A stretch of DNA of 57,671 nucleotides from a virus (Duplodnaviria; Caudoviricetes): the IMG/VR virus record IMGVR_UViG_3300037861_000188, positions 1 to 57,671 of that record; one strand, 5' to 3'. Every line of letters begins with the position of its first letter. The stretch's first letter is position 1. Positions 47,687 to 56,458 of this stretch are shown here, one piece after another. The position numbers and the translations under genes were made by a program. Below the pieces are notes generated by a model. It searched no databases. It had not been told where the DNA came from and was given only the letters and a program-made list of their open reading frames with translations.

Positions 47687-48585
47687 GCGAATGATGGAGA
47701 TTCTGCCTGTACTGCTTCTGCTGCCACTGCTTTTGGTTCTGCAGTTGGCTTTGACGAAATTTCCTCGTGTTCATCAAAATCCATGGACACTGAATTCGCT
47801 TTATACTTTGCCTCGGAATTCTGCCCGGCCTTTGCTGTAGTTTCAGAATCATCATTATCATCATCAAACAGGTGCGCATCGTCACTGGTACTGGCTGCGT
47901 GTTTCAGGGCACGGTTTCGGACGGTCTTACATGCCATTTCATCAGGAAATTTGGTGTGAGCTGGCGTTAAACCATTTCCTTTTCGCTGGTTCCATGCGGC
48001 ATGAATTTGAGGCTTGGTCATGATGGTGAGTTCTCTTCTTCCGTCATTGTAATCAACAGTGCAATAAGCCCCTTTAATTTTGGTGCCGTCACCGATGGAC
48101 TCCAAAGTCTGCTTGTGCTGCGTGATTCGCTTATTCCCAGTCTCGGCATCTACTTCAAAGGAGAATTCATCCCCTTCATAGATTGCGCTGGCTGATACGT
48201 TTTTCACCCCCCCGGCACGCTTTGCAATCAGTTCCTTACCATGGTAGCTGATTGAACATTCCAGTTTCCCACCGTATGCGATGAAGTAACACTGGTCTTT
48301 GATCACCGACAAACCATTGGTAAGCATTTTCAACAATGCCTGTCCTACAGATGCTGGCGTACATACCGTCAATACAGGATGACTATCCTTATCAACTGCC
48401 TCCGATAAATAAAGCCATGCAGAATTTAGGGCATTTACCGGGCTGTAGTTCTTTGGAAATTGACCTTCCCCTCCCTCTTGTGTTTGCTTGATGATGGAAA
48501 GGACTTTTTCCTTTACCTTCTCTTGCCTTACCGCTAATTCCTTTTTAGCGTCTTTTACTGGTGCTTGATTGTTGTCCTGTGACAT
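47683..48585 (-). CDS. recT: RecT-family single-strand annealing recombinase
   Basis: QCYFIAYG, IYEGDEF, IKGAY, FPDEMACKTVRNRALK. Confidence 0.9.
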   Translation of the reverse strand: MSQDNNQAPVKDAKKELAVRQEKVKEKVLSIIKQTQEGGEGQFPKNYSPVNALNSAWLYLSEAVDKDSHPVLTVCTPASVGQALLKMLTNGLSVIKDQCYFIAYGGKLECSISYHGKELIAKRAGGVKNVSASAIYEGDEFSFEVDAETGNKRITQHKQTLESIGDGTKIKGAYCTVDYNDGRRELTIMTKPQIHAAWNQRKGNGLTPAHTKFPDEMACKTVRNRALKHAASTSDDAHLFDDDNDDSETTAKAGQNSEAKYKANSVSMDFDEHEEISSKPTAEPKAVAAEAVQAESPSFA

Positions 48586-48623
48586 TTTTGTTTTTGATTA
48601 TATAAAGTGAATGATTGATTTGT

Positions 48624-50669
48624 CTACTGCCAATGTAGGGTTAGCTTCTCTTGGGAAGGGTCCACCACTAGGTTGATCAGTTGGCTCTTTGTTTCGGGAA
48701 TCCACGTTACAGACTCTCGGTTGTCGATGAAAATCGGGAGATACAGCTTGTAATGATCCGATAAGGTGTTGATGATGTCAAGCCCTGCCTGAATCCTTCC
48801 TGCGTTGTTCAGGTCGCTGAATGGGACTCCCTTGAACAGGGTTTCACATACCTCTTTTTCAGCGCCGTTTAGCGGCATGTAGAAAAGCTTGAAGCTGACC
48901 AATGAGAACTTGGCGTTGATCTCTGACTCGATCATTTCAACCCTTGCTTTGGAATAAGTGAAGCAAGCATCCTCCATACCCTCCGCCTCGGAAATTTTCT
49001 GACCGATTATTTTTTCAGAATCTTTGAGTTCCTGAATCCGGATATCTATCTTTTCAATGGTTTCCTTGTTGCCAAGGGCCTTTTGAAGTCCTTCCAGGCT
49101 GGTTTGAATAGCAATCTTAGTTGTCTTCAATTCTGACGTGTTCACTTCCTGAGACTTAATAGGCTTGTTGGATTCCAGTTTTGCGATATCCTGAATTAGG
49201 AATGTTGCTGTTTGGGATTGAAAATCATCTACTGTCTTTTTATCCTGTGGATTGGCGTACCACTCCTTTAAGGAGGCTTCAAGCGTGATTAAATCTTCTT
49301 TTTTTACGGAAAGGAAAGCCTCGGAATCAGACTTGCTTTTTGAGGTAGCCCGGATTGCGTTATTTGAAGATTCAATATCCTTCTGGGAACCTTCAATCTG
49401 ATTTTTCAGCCTCATGCCCTTCTGGGTGATTTCAGCCTTTCGGTCTGTTTTATCTTTGTTGAACCGCCCTCTTGCTGCTTCCTCAGCATTGAATAACATA
49501 TCACCTTCCAATGGACGTTCGCAAGACGGGCAGGATGAACCGTTCCACATGAATTCCTTGGCGTTCTCTTTCTGCCATTCTGCTACAAGTGCCGCTTTCT
49601 CCGTTTCTTTGGAAGGAATTGATAATCCGGATGTTTCGATATCAGATTTATGTCGCTGTATCTGACCAACATAGGTCTTTATTGAGTTCTCAGCATTTAG
49701 CGCATACTCATTCAGCTCCTTGATTTTAGCCTGAATCTCCCTTGGAGACTTCTCGCTATCATTCTTCCACTTTTCAAAATCCTGCTGCGCTAGGAATTTA
49801 AGCTTCTGAAGCTTTGATTTTGCCTCATAGATTTTATTTTCCCACTCCTGAATAGATTTGTTGTAGACCGAATCTGAATTACTCAAAGTTCGAATCGATA
49901 ACTCTACCTCTTCGAGCTCATTTTTTTTGCCTGCAATGATTTCCTGAAGCTCGCTGAACTCATAAGCCTCTTCTGGCTTCGACCTTTCGGCCTCGCTAAT
50001 TTTTACGGGAATATCTGCTTTTTCCTCTTTGAGGTTCTTTTTTTCCATTGCGGCCTTCGCACGGATCTGATCGAGATTCCTACCTATGGTCAACAGTTCC
50101 TCCAACTCTTTAATGTGAGGGGACTTCTTTGACTTTGAAGTAAGTCCCTCAAAAATCTGTGCCGTGCTGATTTCCGATGCCATGGAAATAAGGGCTTCTC
50201 TTCGGTCTGCTGGCTTCATGGAGTTGAAGAATAGCGGATTGGTCAGGAGTTTGAAAAGCTCCTCTTTGAAAAACTCCTCTACCTGCTTGCGGTAGTTGGA
50301 TTCCAGTGTTACAGGGAATCCATCGATTTGATAAGCGGTAGTATGGCCTTTCAATACTCCCTCTTTGCTCCACAATTGCTTGTAGGTTCTTTGGAAGGTC
50401 TTAGACTCGCTATCAATCTGGAAGGCTGCAAAGACCTCATGGTCCACTTTCTCAATTGGATTGTTGTTAGCATCCAATGTCTTGATACCGAAGTCTGATC
50501 TTCCTAGACTGTCTTTTCCGAAGAAAAGGAACCAAACGCTGTCGAATACGGTGGTCTTACCGCTTGCGTTTTTGCCGTGAAGGAAGTTCTCACCTTCCTG
50601 AAAATCCATTTCTAAGGACTTAATGCCTTTGAAGTGGGATAGTTTTAACTTTTTGAGTTCTACTTTCAT
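48624..50669 (-). CDS. SMC/Rad50-like coiled-coil ATPase
   Basis: GKNASGKTT, CPSC hook, LNNAGRIQAGLDII, PIFIDNRES. Confidence 0.9.
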   Translation of the reverse strand: MKVELKKLKLSHFKGIKSLEMDFQEGENFLHGKNASGKTTVFDSVWFLFFGKDSLGRSDFGIKTLDANNNPIEKVDHEVFAAFQIDSESKTFQRTYKQLWSKEGVLKGHTTAYQIDGFPVTLESNYRKQVEEFFKEELFKLLTNPLFFNSMKPADRREALISMASEISTAQIFEGLTSKSKKSPHIKELEELLTIGRNLDQIRAKAAMEKKNLKEEKADIPVKISEAERSKPEEAYEFSELQEIIAGKKNELEEVELSIRTLSNSDSVYNKSIQEWENKIYEAKSKLQKLKFLAQQDFEKWKNDSEKSPREIQAKIKELNEYALNAENSIKTYVGQIQRHKSDIETSGLSIPSKETEKAALVAEWQKENAKEFMWNGSSCPSCERPLEGDMLFNAEEAARGRFNKDKTDRKAEITQKGMRLKNQIEGSQKDIESSNNAIRATSKSKSDSEAFLSVKKEDLITLEASLKEWYANPQDKKTVDDFQSQTATFLIQDIAKLESNKPIKSQEVNTSELKTTKIAIQTSLEGLQKALGNKETIEKIDIRIQELKDSEKIIGQKISEAEGMEDACFTYSKARVEMIESEINAKFSLVSFKLFYMPLNGAEKEVCETLFKGVPFSDLNNAGRIQAGLDIINTLSDHYKLYLPIFIDNRESVTWIPETKSQLINLVVDPSQEKLTLHWQ

Positions 50670-50742
50670 TGTCCTGTTCGTTTATTTAAATTGTCTGATT
50701 TCCTTTTTTACCTGCGATTGGCTTTTCTGCCGTTTCAGGTAG

Positions 50743-51036
50743 TTATTCCCTCTCAGAGGTGGTTGGATCTTGTAATTTCCTAGCATCTGATGTTGCGATC
50801 TGAAGCTTTGCCCTCAGCTCGTTTCGGTTTTCCACAACCGCAACGAGTACGGTTAAAATTTTGTCATTTTCGCATACCCCGTTTAGTACTGCGTAGACGT
50901 TTTGCCTTTTAGGAAGCTCAGTTTCCGGTTGAGTTGATTCCCATATCTTGTCAAAGGCCCTTTTGTAGTGTCCAGGAAGAGCATTTTTCAGCTCCTCTAG
51001 GTCTTTAGCAGTAAATAGCTTTTTGTTATTTTCCAT
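50743..51036 (-). CDS. Small putative DNA-binding protein, first gene of the early operon
   Basis: RQNVYAVLNG helix typical of Cro-like proteins; preceded by a promoter. Confidence 0.6.
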   Translation of the reverse strand: MENNKKLFTAKDLEELKNALPGHYKRAFDKIWESTQPETELPKRQNVYAVLNGVCENDKILTVLVAVVENRNELRAKLQIATSDARKLQDPTTSERE

Positions 51037-51065
51037 ACGTTTATATTTTCTACCTTAGTGTTTAC

Positions 51066-51073
51066 CAAATGTA
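51066..51073 (-). promoter_or_regulatory. -7 promoter box of the early replication/recombination operon
   Basis: TACATTTG on the minus strand in an AT-rich gap. Confidence 0.65.
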
Positions 51074-51194
51074 TATAAATAATTAGAAACGTAACATAAA
51101 AGAATTAAAAATAATTAAGAAAATATATAAATATCTGATAATTAAGGATAAAAATTATGGTGCAGGGGAATAAAAGTTGATTGAAAAAAATGCC

Positions 51195-51287
51195 TACAAA
51201 CCAGAAGACCCAGCCAAAAGGCCGGGTCTGTTGAAAAGTTCGAACAGGACAATTCTAACTTAGCATTGTTAGCTTTCGCTAACGACT
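51195..51287 (-). ncRNA. Candidate multi-target antisense small RNA (sRNA-1)
   Basis: 5' hairpin GUUAGC-GAAA-GCUAAC, unpaired seed AUUGUCCUGUUCG (51241-51253), terminator AGACCCGGCC-UUUU-GGCUGGGUCU; seed complementary to about 12 gene starts. Confidence 0.75.
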
Positions 51288-51295
51288 CAAATATA
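51288..51295 (-). promoter_or_regulatory. -7 promoter box of sRNA-1
   Basis: TATATTTG on the minus strand directly upstream of the 5' hairpin. Confidence 0.65.
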
Positions 51296-51314
51296 ACTCA
51301 TTTTTATGAAACGC

Positions 51315-51818
51315 TTACACTTTTTTTCGGAATGCCCTGATAATCCTAAACACAATATAGGAAAGGATGACTAGGCCAAATAATACCAAGCCTGTTTTGA
51401 CAAACTTCCAAGCCCGTTGAAAAAGATTCTCTCTCTCCCTAATTACAATTCTTTCAAATTCCGTCCTTAGCAATTCCCTTTCCTCAATCATGACGGTGAT
51501 CATTCTTTCCTGTTGATCGCATACAGCCATCAAATTGCCCAGGCTGTCAATCAAGATACCGACCCTCATCTTTGTGTCCGGATCTTCCCTATATAAAGTT
51601 CGCTCGATTATTTTTGGATCCACACCTGAGCGGATCATTTTTGCCAAACTGTCTATATTTATTTTAAAGCTCTCTCCGGAAGTTCCAGGCACTAGCACCT
51701 CTTTTTCAACTGTTCGGAAAATAACAGAATCCCTGACTATCCTTTCGCTCTGCAGAACTTTTGGGGCACTGCAACCAGCCATTAAAACTGCGAGTATTAT
51801 TATCTTGAGGTAATCCAT
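51315..51818 (-). CDS. Unimolecular spanin-like lipoprotein
   Basis: Lipobox LMAG-C plus C-terminal TM helix; follows the endolysin. Confidence 0.7.
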   Translation of the reverse strand: MDYLKIIILAVLMAGCSAPKVLQSERIVRDSVIFRTVEKEVLVPGTSGESFKINIDSLAKMIRSGVDPKIIERTLYREDPDTKMRVGILIDSLGNLMAVCDQQERMITVMIEERELLRTEFERIVIRERENLFQRAWKFVKTGLVLFGLVILSYIVFRIIRAFRKKV

Positions 51819-52465
51819 CGAAGAGCTTTTAGAGTTTGCTCAATCCTATCGTCCAGCCCATTCCTGCCACCATTAATAAGAATACTAACCCTTTCTATGG
51901 TTTGCTCCTTCATGTCAACACAAGCCTTAAAAATGTTATTTTCGTCAAAGAAAAATTTAGCACTTTCTAAGGCATACTTTGCAGCAACCAAATCCGGATT
52001 GGATAATATTAAAGGATCTCCAATTCTTTTAGAAAGGCTCGAATAATTATTTCTGCCTGTCAACTGAATAACTCCCCTACCCCTGAATCTGTAGCCATCT
52101 CCAGACTGTGTTGAGCCATTGCCCATCCTGTTTGCATAAACCACATTTGCAATTTCTTTGGGCTTATTAGCATACTCACTAGCCAACATTTTTAAGTTAG
52201 CTTTCCCCTGACTTCTGTCAACAATTTTTTGTTCCTTGGTTGTGAAATACTTCCCAAAGATTTTTAGTAGACCATCTTGGCTATAATTTAGATTTTCTTC
52301 CACTATTGAAAACCCTGCGCTTTCATGCCAGCATTGTCCTATAAAATGAGATCCTGCCACTGGACTAAGTTTTAAAAAAACCACCAATGCTTTGGCTGAT
52401 TTTGGGCCAAAATCTCCATCTGGCACAACTCCTATTTTTGATTGTATTCTTTTTATAGATTCCAT
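51800..52465 (-). CDS. Endolysin, glycoside hydrolase family 19
   Basis: HFIGQCWHESAGF, ENLNYS, YANRMGNG, DGYRFRGRGVIQLTGRNNY, INGGRNGLDDR; N-terminal peptidoglycan-binding DGDFG. Confidence 0.95.
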   Translation of the reverse strand: MESIKRIQSKIGVVPDGDFGPKSAKALVVFLKLSPVAGSHFIGQCWHESAGFSIVEENLNYSQDGLLKIFGKYFTTKEQKIVDRSQGKANLKMLASEYANKPKEIANVVYANRMGNGSTQSGDGYRFRGRGVIQLTGRNNYSSLSKRIGDPLILSNPDLVAAKYALESAKFFFDENNIFKACVDMKEQTIERVSILINGGRNGLDDRIEQTLKALRWITSR

Positions 52466-52472
52466 TCTATTT

Positions 52473-53021
52473 CTAATCTAGGTTATTGTTTTCATTTTCT
52501 TTGTTTTTCTTAAAAAATCTTAACACAAACTTTTTTGGATTCACGAAACTGTCAATCATCTCAAACTGCTCTTTGGTAATAAAGTTAAGATCTCTCGCAT
52601 TTTCGACACTAGAGTATATTATTGACAAACTAAAAACCAAAAAAAGACCTTCAATAAATACTTTTTGAATAATTATAGGCGACACTAGGTGCAAATTATA
52701 CGTAATTCCAATAAACCAAGTCATTACAATAAACCGAATTGCTGACCTGTTTAGATTTGCCCATATGATCGGCTCCCCTTTATTTATAATTGAATTTGCT
52801 AATCCTAAAATAAAATCCCCGATTGAAATTATCGCCAGTAACCAGATTCCTGCGCTCGGTGAATAAATATACTTGCTTATCCCAATATCCAACTCTATAA
52901 ATATTGAAGCGATAAAGGAAAAGCTAATCGCATAAATGTGAATCATGCCCATTTTTACCTTTAGCGCAAAAACTGCCTTTATTAAATCCAAGAATGATTC
53001 GTAACCTATTACTTTGAACAT
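52473..53021 (-). CDS. Holin
   Basis: Multiple TM helices, SSVEN motif; directly upstream of the endolysin. Confidence 0.75.
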   Translation of the reverse strand: MFKVIGYESFLDLIKAVFALKVKMGMIHIYAISFSFIASIFIELDIGISKYIYSPSAGIWLLAIISIGDFILGLANSIINKGEPIIWANLNRSAIRFIVMTWFIGITYNLHLVSPIIIQKVFIEGLFLVFSLSIIYSSVENARDLNFITKEQFEMIDSFVNPKKFVLRFFKKNKENENNNLD

Positions 53022-53022
53022 T

Positions 53023-53475
53023 TTATATCTTTTTAGCTTCGATGAAGAAATTATCAGTTTGGTCTTCTGTCATTTCTAGCATACCTGCCATCGCTGCAAT
53101 GTGAATGTTATCCCGATCCCAACTAAGTGCATACTCCCAGAAAATAGTTAGTGCTTCATTGTTAGAATATTCAATAGAGGCTTTTACGGTTGACAATAAT
53201 CCCATTTGTAAGAGCATCATGCGCCCCTGAGCTGGAGTGATTGAGAAGGGAACGCTACTATTTCTAATCTCCAAATCTGTCAAAGCTACTATTTCATAAT
53301 TCTGAACACCGTTTATTACTTCTGTTTTTACAACCCTGCTTAGTAAGTAATCAATTTTTGGCTCGTTGTCAATGTACTCAAACCATCCAGATTCTACGAT
53401 TTGCTCGTGAGTAGGGTTTATCACGTTTGGAACTTCTGGATTTAATAGTATTTGACCTTCTTGATAGTATCTCAT
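53023..53475 (-). CDS. Tail fibre assembly-like protein
   Basis: VPFSITPAQGRMML, FWEYALSWDR, QTDNFFIEA. Confidence 0.65.
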   Translation of the reverse strand: MRYYQEGQILLNPEVPNVINPTHEQIVESGWFEYIDNEPKIDYLLSRVVKTEVINGVQNYEIVALTDLEIRNSSVPFSITPAQGRMMLLQMGLLSTVKASIEYSNNEALTIFWEYALSWDRDNIHIAAMAGMLEMTEDQTDNFFIEAKKI

Positions 53476-53479
53476 AGTT

Positions 53480-54277
53480 TTAGAATATTTCGTAACGTTG
53501 ATTTATATTTGCCTCAATAGCTAATCTGTTGGCAGTTTGATTGAAATTATACATTATTATTTCGCTTATTTTGCCGTTAAAATGCAGTCCTCCTTGAGGT
53601 CTTGAAATGGTGTTTACTGAAAACTGATTAAAGGACTGCAAATTAAAACTGTTGCTAGAATTTATATTTACCTGAAAATTTAAAGTATTGTTAAAATAAG
53701 AAACTAACTGCTGGTTAAATGAAATAAATTGAGACCCTACTGACCTAAGATTTGCTCCATCAATCCCACCTGGGCCATTCCCTTGTTGACCATACCAAAA
53801 ACCTCTTGCGGGGCTGTTTGCAAATAAGATATAATTGAGATTTCCTATTGTATCAATTTTCGCCACTGTAAATATTGATAAAGGAGTAATGCTTTGAAAG
53901 TTTAAAACTTTACTTTCATTATTAAAAAGTATTGAGGGCTTCCCGTTTGATAAAATCAAATCCCCATTCTCAACTATTTGGGGTTGATTAATCAATACTG
54001 TTTGTGTAGCCTTTATACTATTTCCGCTTTGGTCATACAGGATTGAAACAAAACCGTTATTTCCAGCTCCTACAAACTGAGTCAATAGCCCTGATAATAT
54101 ATCCTTTTCGCTAAAATCTTGCTCTGCGTTGTCCGAAGACCTCCGAACTCTGACAACTGCATTTATGAATTTTGATAAGGATTGCAAAGAAAAAGCCGCA
54201 GAAGCGTTTGGAAACAAATCTAAAAGACCTAATTTTTGAAATGACTGAATCCTACTTTGTAAATCGCTAAGTCTCAT
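53480..54277 (-). CDS. LamG/concanavalin-like receptor-binding protein
   Basis: AAFSL..VRVRRSSDNAEQDF, LYDQSGN, FNGKISEIIMYN. Confidence 0.75.
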   Translation of the reverse strand: MRLSDLQSRIQSFQKLGLLDLFPNASAAFSLQSLSKFINAVVRVRRSSDNAEQDFSEKDILSGLLTQFVGAGNNGFVSILYDQSGNSIKATQTVLINQPQIVENGDLILSNGKPSILFNNESKVLNFQSITPLSIFTVAKIDTIGNLNYILFANSPARGFWYGQQGNGPGGIDGANLRSVGSQFISFNQQLVSYFNNTLNFQVNINSSNSFNLQSFNQFSVNTISRPQGGLHFNGKISEIIMYNFNQTANRLAIEANINQRYEIF

Positions 54278-54279
54278 GA

Positions 54280-54897
54280 TTAAATATTATTAATTGAGCC
54301 GTAAACTATAATATTACCTACCGAATTAATTGTGCACGGCAGTTCAAACCTTGGTCCTATAATACTAGGGGATGCACCACCTGCAAACTTTGTCCCTAAA
54401 GGAAAAGTAATTGACTGAACATTAGTAAATCGCAAAGAAAACGCTGTTTCCCTGCTTGCTATTGGAAGTCCTGTAAAGGATAAAGTAACTGTACCCGTTA
54501 AGGTTGCAAGTATCAAGGTTCCCAAAGTAAGGTTTATACCAACTGACCCTACTATATTGCCTAAATTCTGAATAGAGGACTGAATTGATAATGCAGCACT
54601 TTCAGCATCTACTTTTGAAGCAAGTGCCGACGCTGCATCCTCCACCGTTTGCGCTGCTTTTTGGGTAGCTACCTGCTCAGATGCTCCTGCATCGAGAGCC
54701 GATGCAGCTGCGGCTTGGGCGGCGGCAAGTACCTCGCCGGTGATGGGTGATTGAATGAATTTCAAGGTCTGTAGCCACTCGGATTCAGCCCCTACAAAAC
54801 CATTTTTCACGGCAATATCATAGGCAGATATCACCGCTTTCTGACCTGTAATCCCTAGAACAATAGGGTTTTGAATGGTTAATTGACTGCTGCTCAT
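54280..54897 (-). CDS. Short tail fibre/adapter protein
   Basis: SAYDIAVKNGFVGAESEWLQTL motif, Ala-rich coil, beta C-domain. Confidence 0.7.
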   Translation of the reverse strand: MSSSQLTIQNPIVLGITGQKAVISAYDIAVKNGFVGAESEWLQTLKFIQSPITGEVLAAAQAAAASALDAGASEQVATQKAAQTVEDAASALASKVDAESAALSIQSSIQNLGNIVGSVGINLTLGTLILATLTGTVTLSFTGLPIASRETAFSLRFTNVQSITFPLGTKFAGGASPSIIGPRFELPCTINSVGNIIVYGSINNI

Positions 54898-54899
54898 GG

Positions 54900-55244
54900 T
54901 TATGGTATTAAGATTACATGCATGATTAATTCCTTTATTAAGTAAAATGGCCCCCTGCCAAGTGTGTTCACAAGTCCATTGGAAGAAGTAATCTCAAGTT
55001 CCCAATTGAAGGGTCCTGATTTCCCTGTTGTGTCGGCAGGCTGAAAGTTTATAGTCAGTTCTTGCCCGTTAACCGTACAGTCTTCAAGTGTTTTCAAGAC
55101 AAAAACCATATTCCTGAGCGCAATGGCAAATTTGATCGTTGCCCCTATCATCGGATGAGTGTTGGGAATTGTAATGACGATATCAAAGCTATCCCCTGCC
55201 TGTCGGGTGATTAGGATTTCCTCTTGTACAATGTATGATGGCAT
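54900..55244 (-). CDS. BppU-like N-terminal domain tail protein
   Basis: QAGDSFDIVI, INFQPADT, NWELEIT, TLGRG. Confidence 0.6.
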   Translation of the reverse strand: MPSYIVQEEILITRQAGDSFDIVITIPNTHPMIGATIKFAIALRNMVFVLKTLEDCTVNGQELTINFQPADTTGKSGPFNWELEITSSNGLVNTLGRGPFYLIKELIMHVILIP

Positions 55245-55275
55245 ACTGATATTAGGTTATAGCTGACTGGAAATG

Positions 55276-55355
55276 AAAAAAGACATACCTCCTAGATGGA
55301 AGTATGGCCTGAATGGGCTATTATGTGTTGATTTTTAATCGATTCGACTAATTTA
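55276..55355 (-). promoter_or_regulatory. Promoter-like TAAATTAG box plus conserved leader element, copy 4
   Basis: Minus strand TAAATTAG (55348-55355), ATAATAGCCC, hairpin AGGCCATACTTCC...GGAGGTATGTCT-TTTTT. Confidence 0.6.
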
Positions 55356-55390
55356 GTGATTTTTTAGGTTGTTGGTGCTATTAGACGTAA

Positions 55391-56458
55391 TTATAGCGTC
55401 TGTTGAAATTTATTCCAATCTGAAGCCGCTATTGTTGATAAATCACTAGGAAACGTAGTATATTCTGATTTATGAAGTCCAATATTGGTGATCAATTTTA
55501 TACGAGATGCAGTTCTTGGAACTCCTAATATACCCTGTGGTGAATAGGAATTGCCGTGATAAATATTATTTCCATTTAGATAAAAGGATCTAGCAATTCC
55601 TCTACCTGGGATTACTTCAAGAAATCTATTTGCAGAAAATGAAAGCGCATAAAGATTTCCATTAGGAGCTAACTGTAAATTCCCATAAAAAGCAGAACCG
55701 CCTAGCCCGCTTATATTTAATTGAACGCTGGTTTGATTTACTGGATCAAGAATTAAAACTGTATTTGCTATTAATGGAGCATAATATATTTTATTGTCTA
55801 ATCCGTTACATCCGTTAATCCACCTAACTGAGCTATTACCAAAATTTCCAAACGTGGTTATTGCCTCTGTCGTTAGGTCAATCTTCCTAAATGCAAAATG
55901 AGCGGTTGGTGGTTGATAAATACAGTTGTCAGAAAACAAAACGCCCCCAAGATTTCTATTTGCCACAATTTCACCAAAAGTAGTTATTGTGTTTAATGCT
56001 GTATCTATTCTTGTAATATTTGTGGCTTGCCAAGGAATCATATAAAGAAAACCATCACTTGCAATTACCCCACCATTAAACTTACCCTCTGATCCCCCAC
56101 TAAAACCAGCAATGTATTGAAATGTGAAATTTATCACATCGTAAACTATTATATGACTAGCATTATATGGAATGAAATACATCTTATTATTTGGGGCATA
56201 GACAACCCCCTGACAATATTGTCTGTTTCCTGCTCCTGTAATAGACCCAACGACTGCCGTATCAAATGGTATATCTGTAATTAATTTTGTTGACGGGTCA
56301 TATTCTCCAATATACCCTGCTGCTTGATATGGTGCGAAATAGGTTTTACCGTTTTGTGGACAATAAGCTCCACCAACAAATTCATTAGCAACCTGAGTTT
56401 GAGAAAAGGATAATATTCTTTTCTGATTAGCCGATCCCCCAAGTATATTATTATACAT
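55391..56458 (-). CDS. Beta-propeller receptor-binding protein
   Basis: About 40-45-aa repeats of GV.APNGK.YF.PY.A..I...D. Confidence 0.75.
   Translation of the reverse strand: MYNNILGGSANQKRILSFSQTQVANEFVGGAYCPQNGKTYFAPYQAAGYIGEYDPSTKLITDIPFDTAVVGSITGAGNRQYCQGVVYAPNNKMYFIPYNASHIIVYDVINFTFQYIAGFSGGSEGKFNGGVIASDGFLYMIPWQATNITRIDTALNTITTFGEIVANRNLGGVLFSDNCIYQPPTAHFAFRKIDLTTEAITTFGNFGNSSVRWINGCNGLDNKIYYAPLIANTVLILDPVNQTSVQLNISGLGGSAFYGNLQLAPNGNLYALSFSANRFLEVIPGRGIARSFYLNGNNIYHGNSYSPQGILGVPRTASRIKLITNIGLHKSEYTTFPSDLSTIAASDWNKFQQTL

Noticed and set aside
12936-50680. AGGA in the start motif as a Shine-Dalgarno
   Set aside because: Spacing ranges from overlapping the AUG to 36 nt, conservation extends well beyond AGGA, and highly expressed structural genes lack it.
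51037-51314. tRNA or protein-coding gene in this intergenic region
   Set aside because: No cloverleaf with T-loop/anticodon arm and no credible ORF; an sRNA explains it better.
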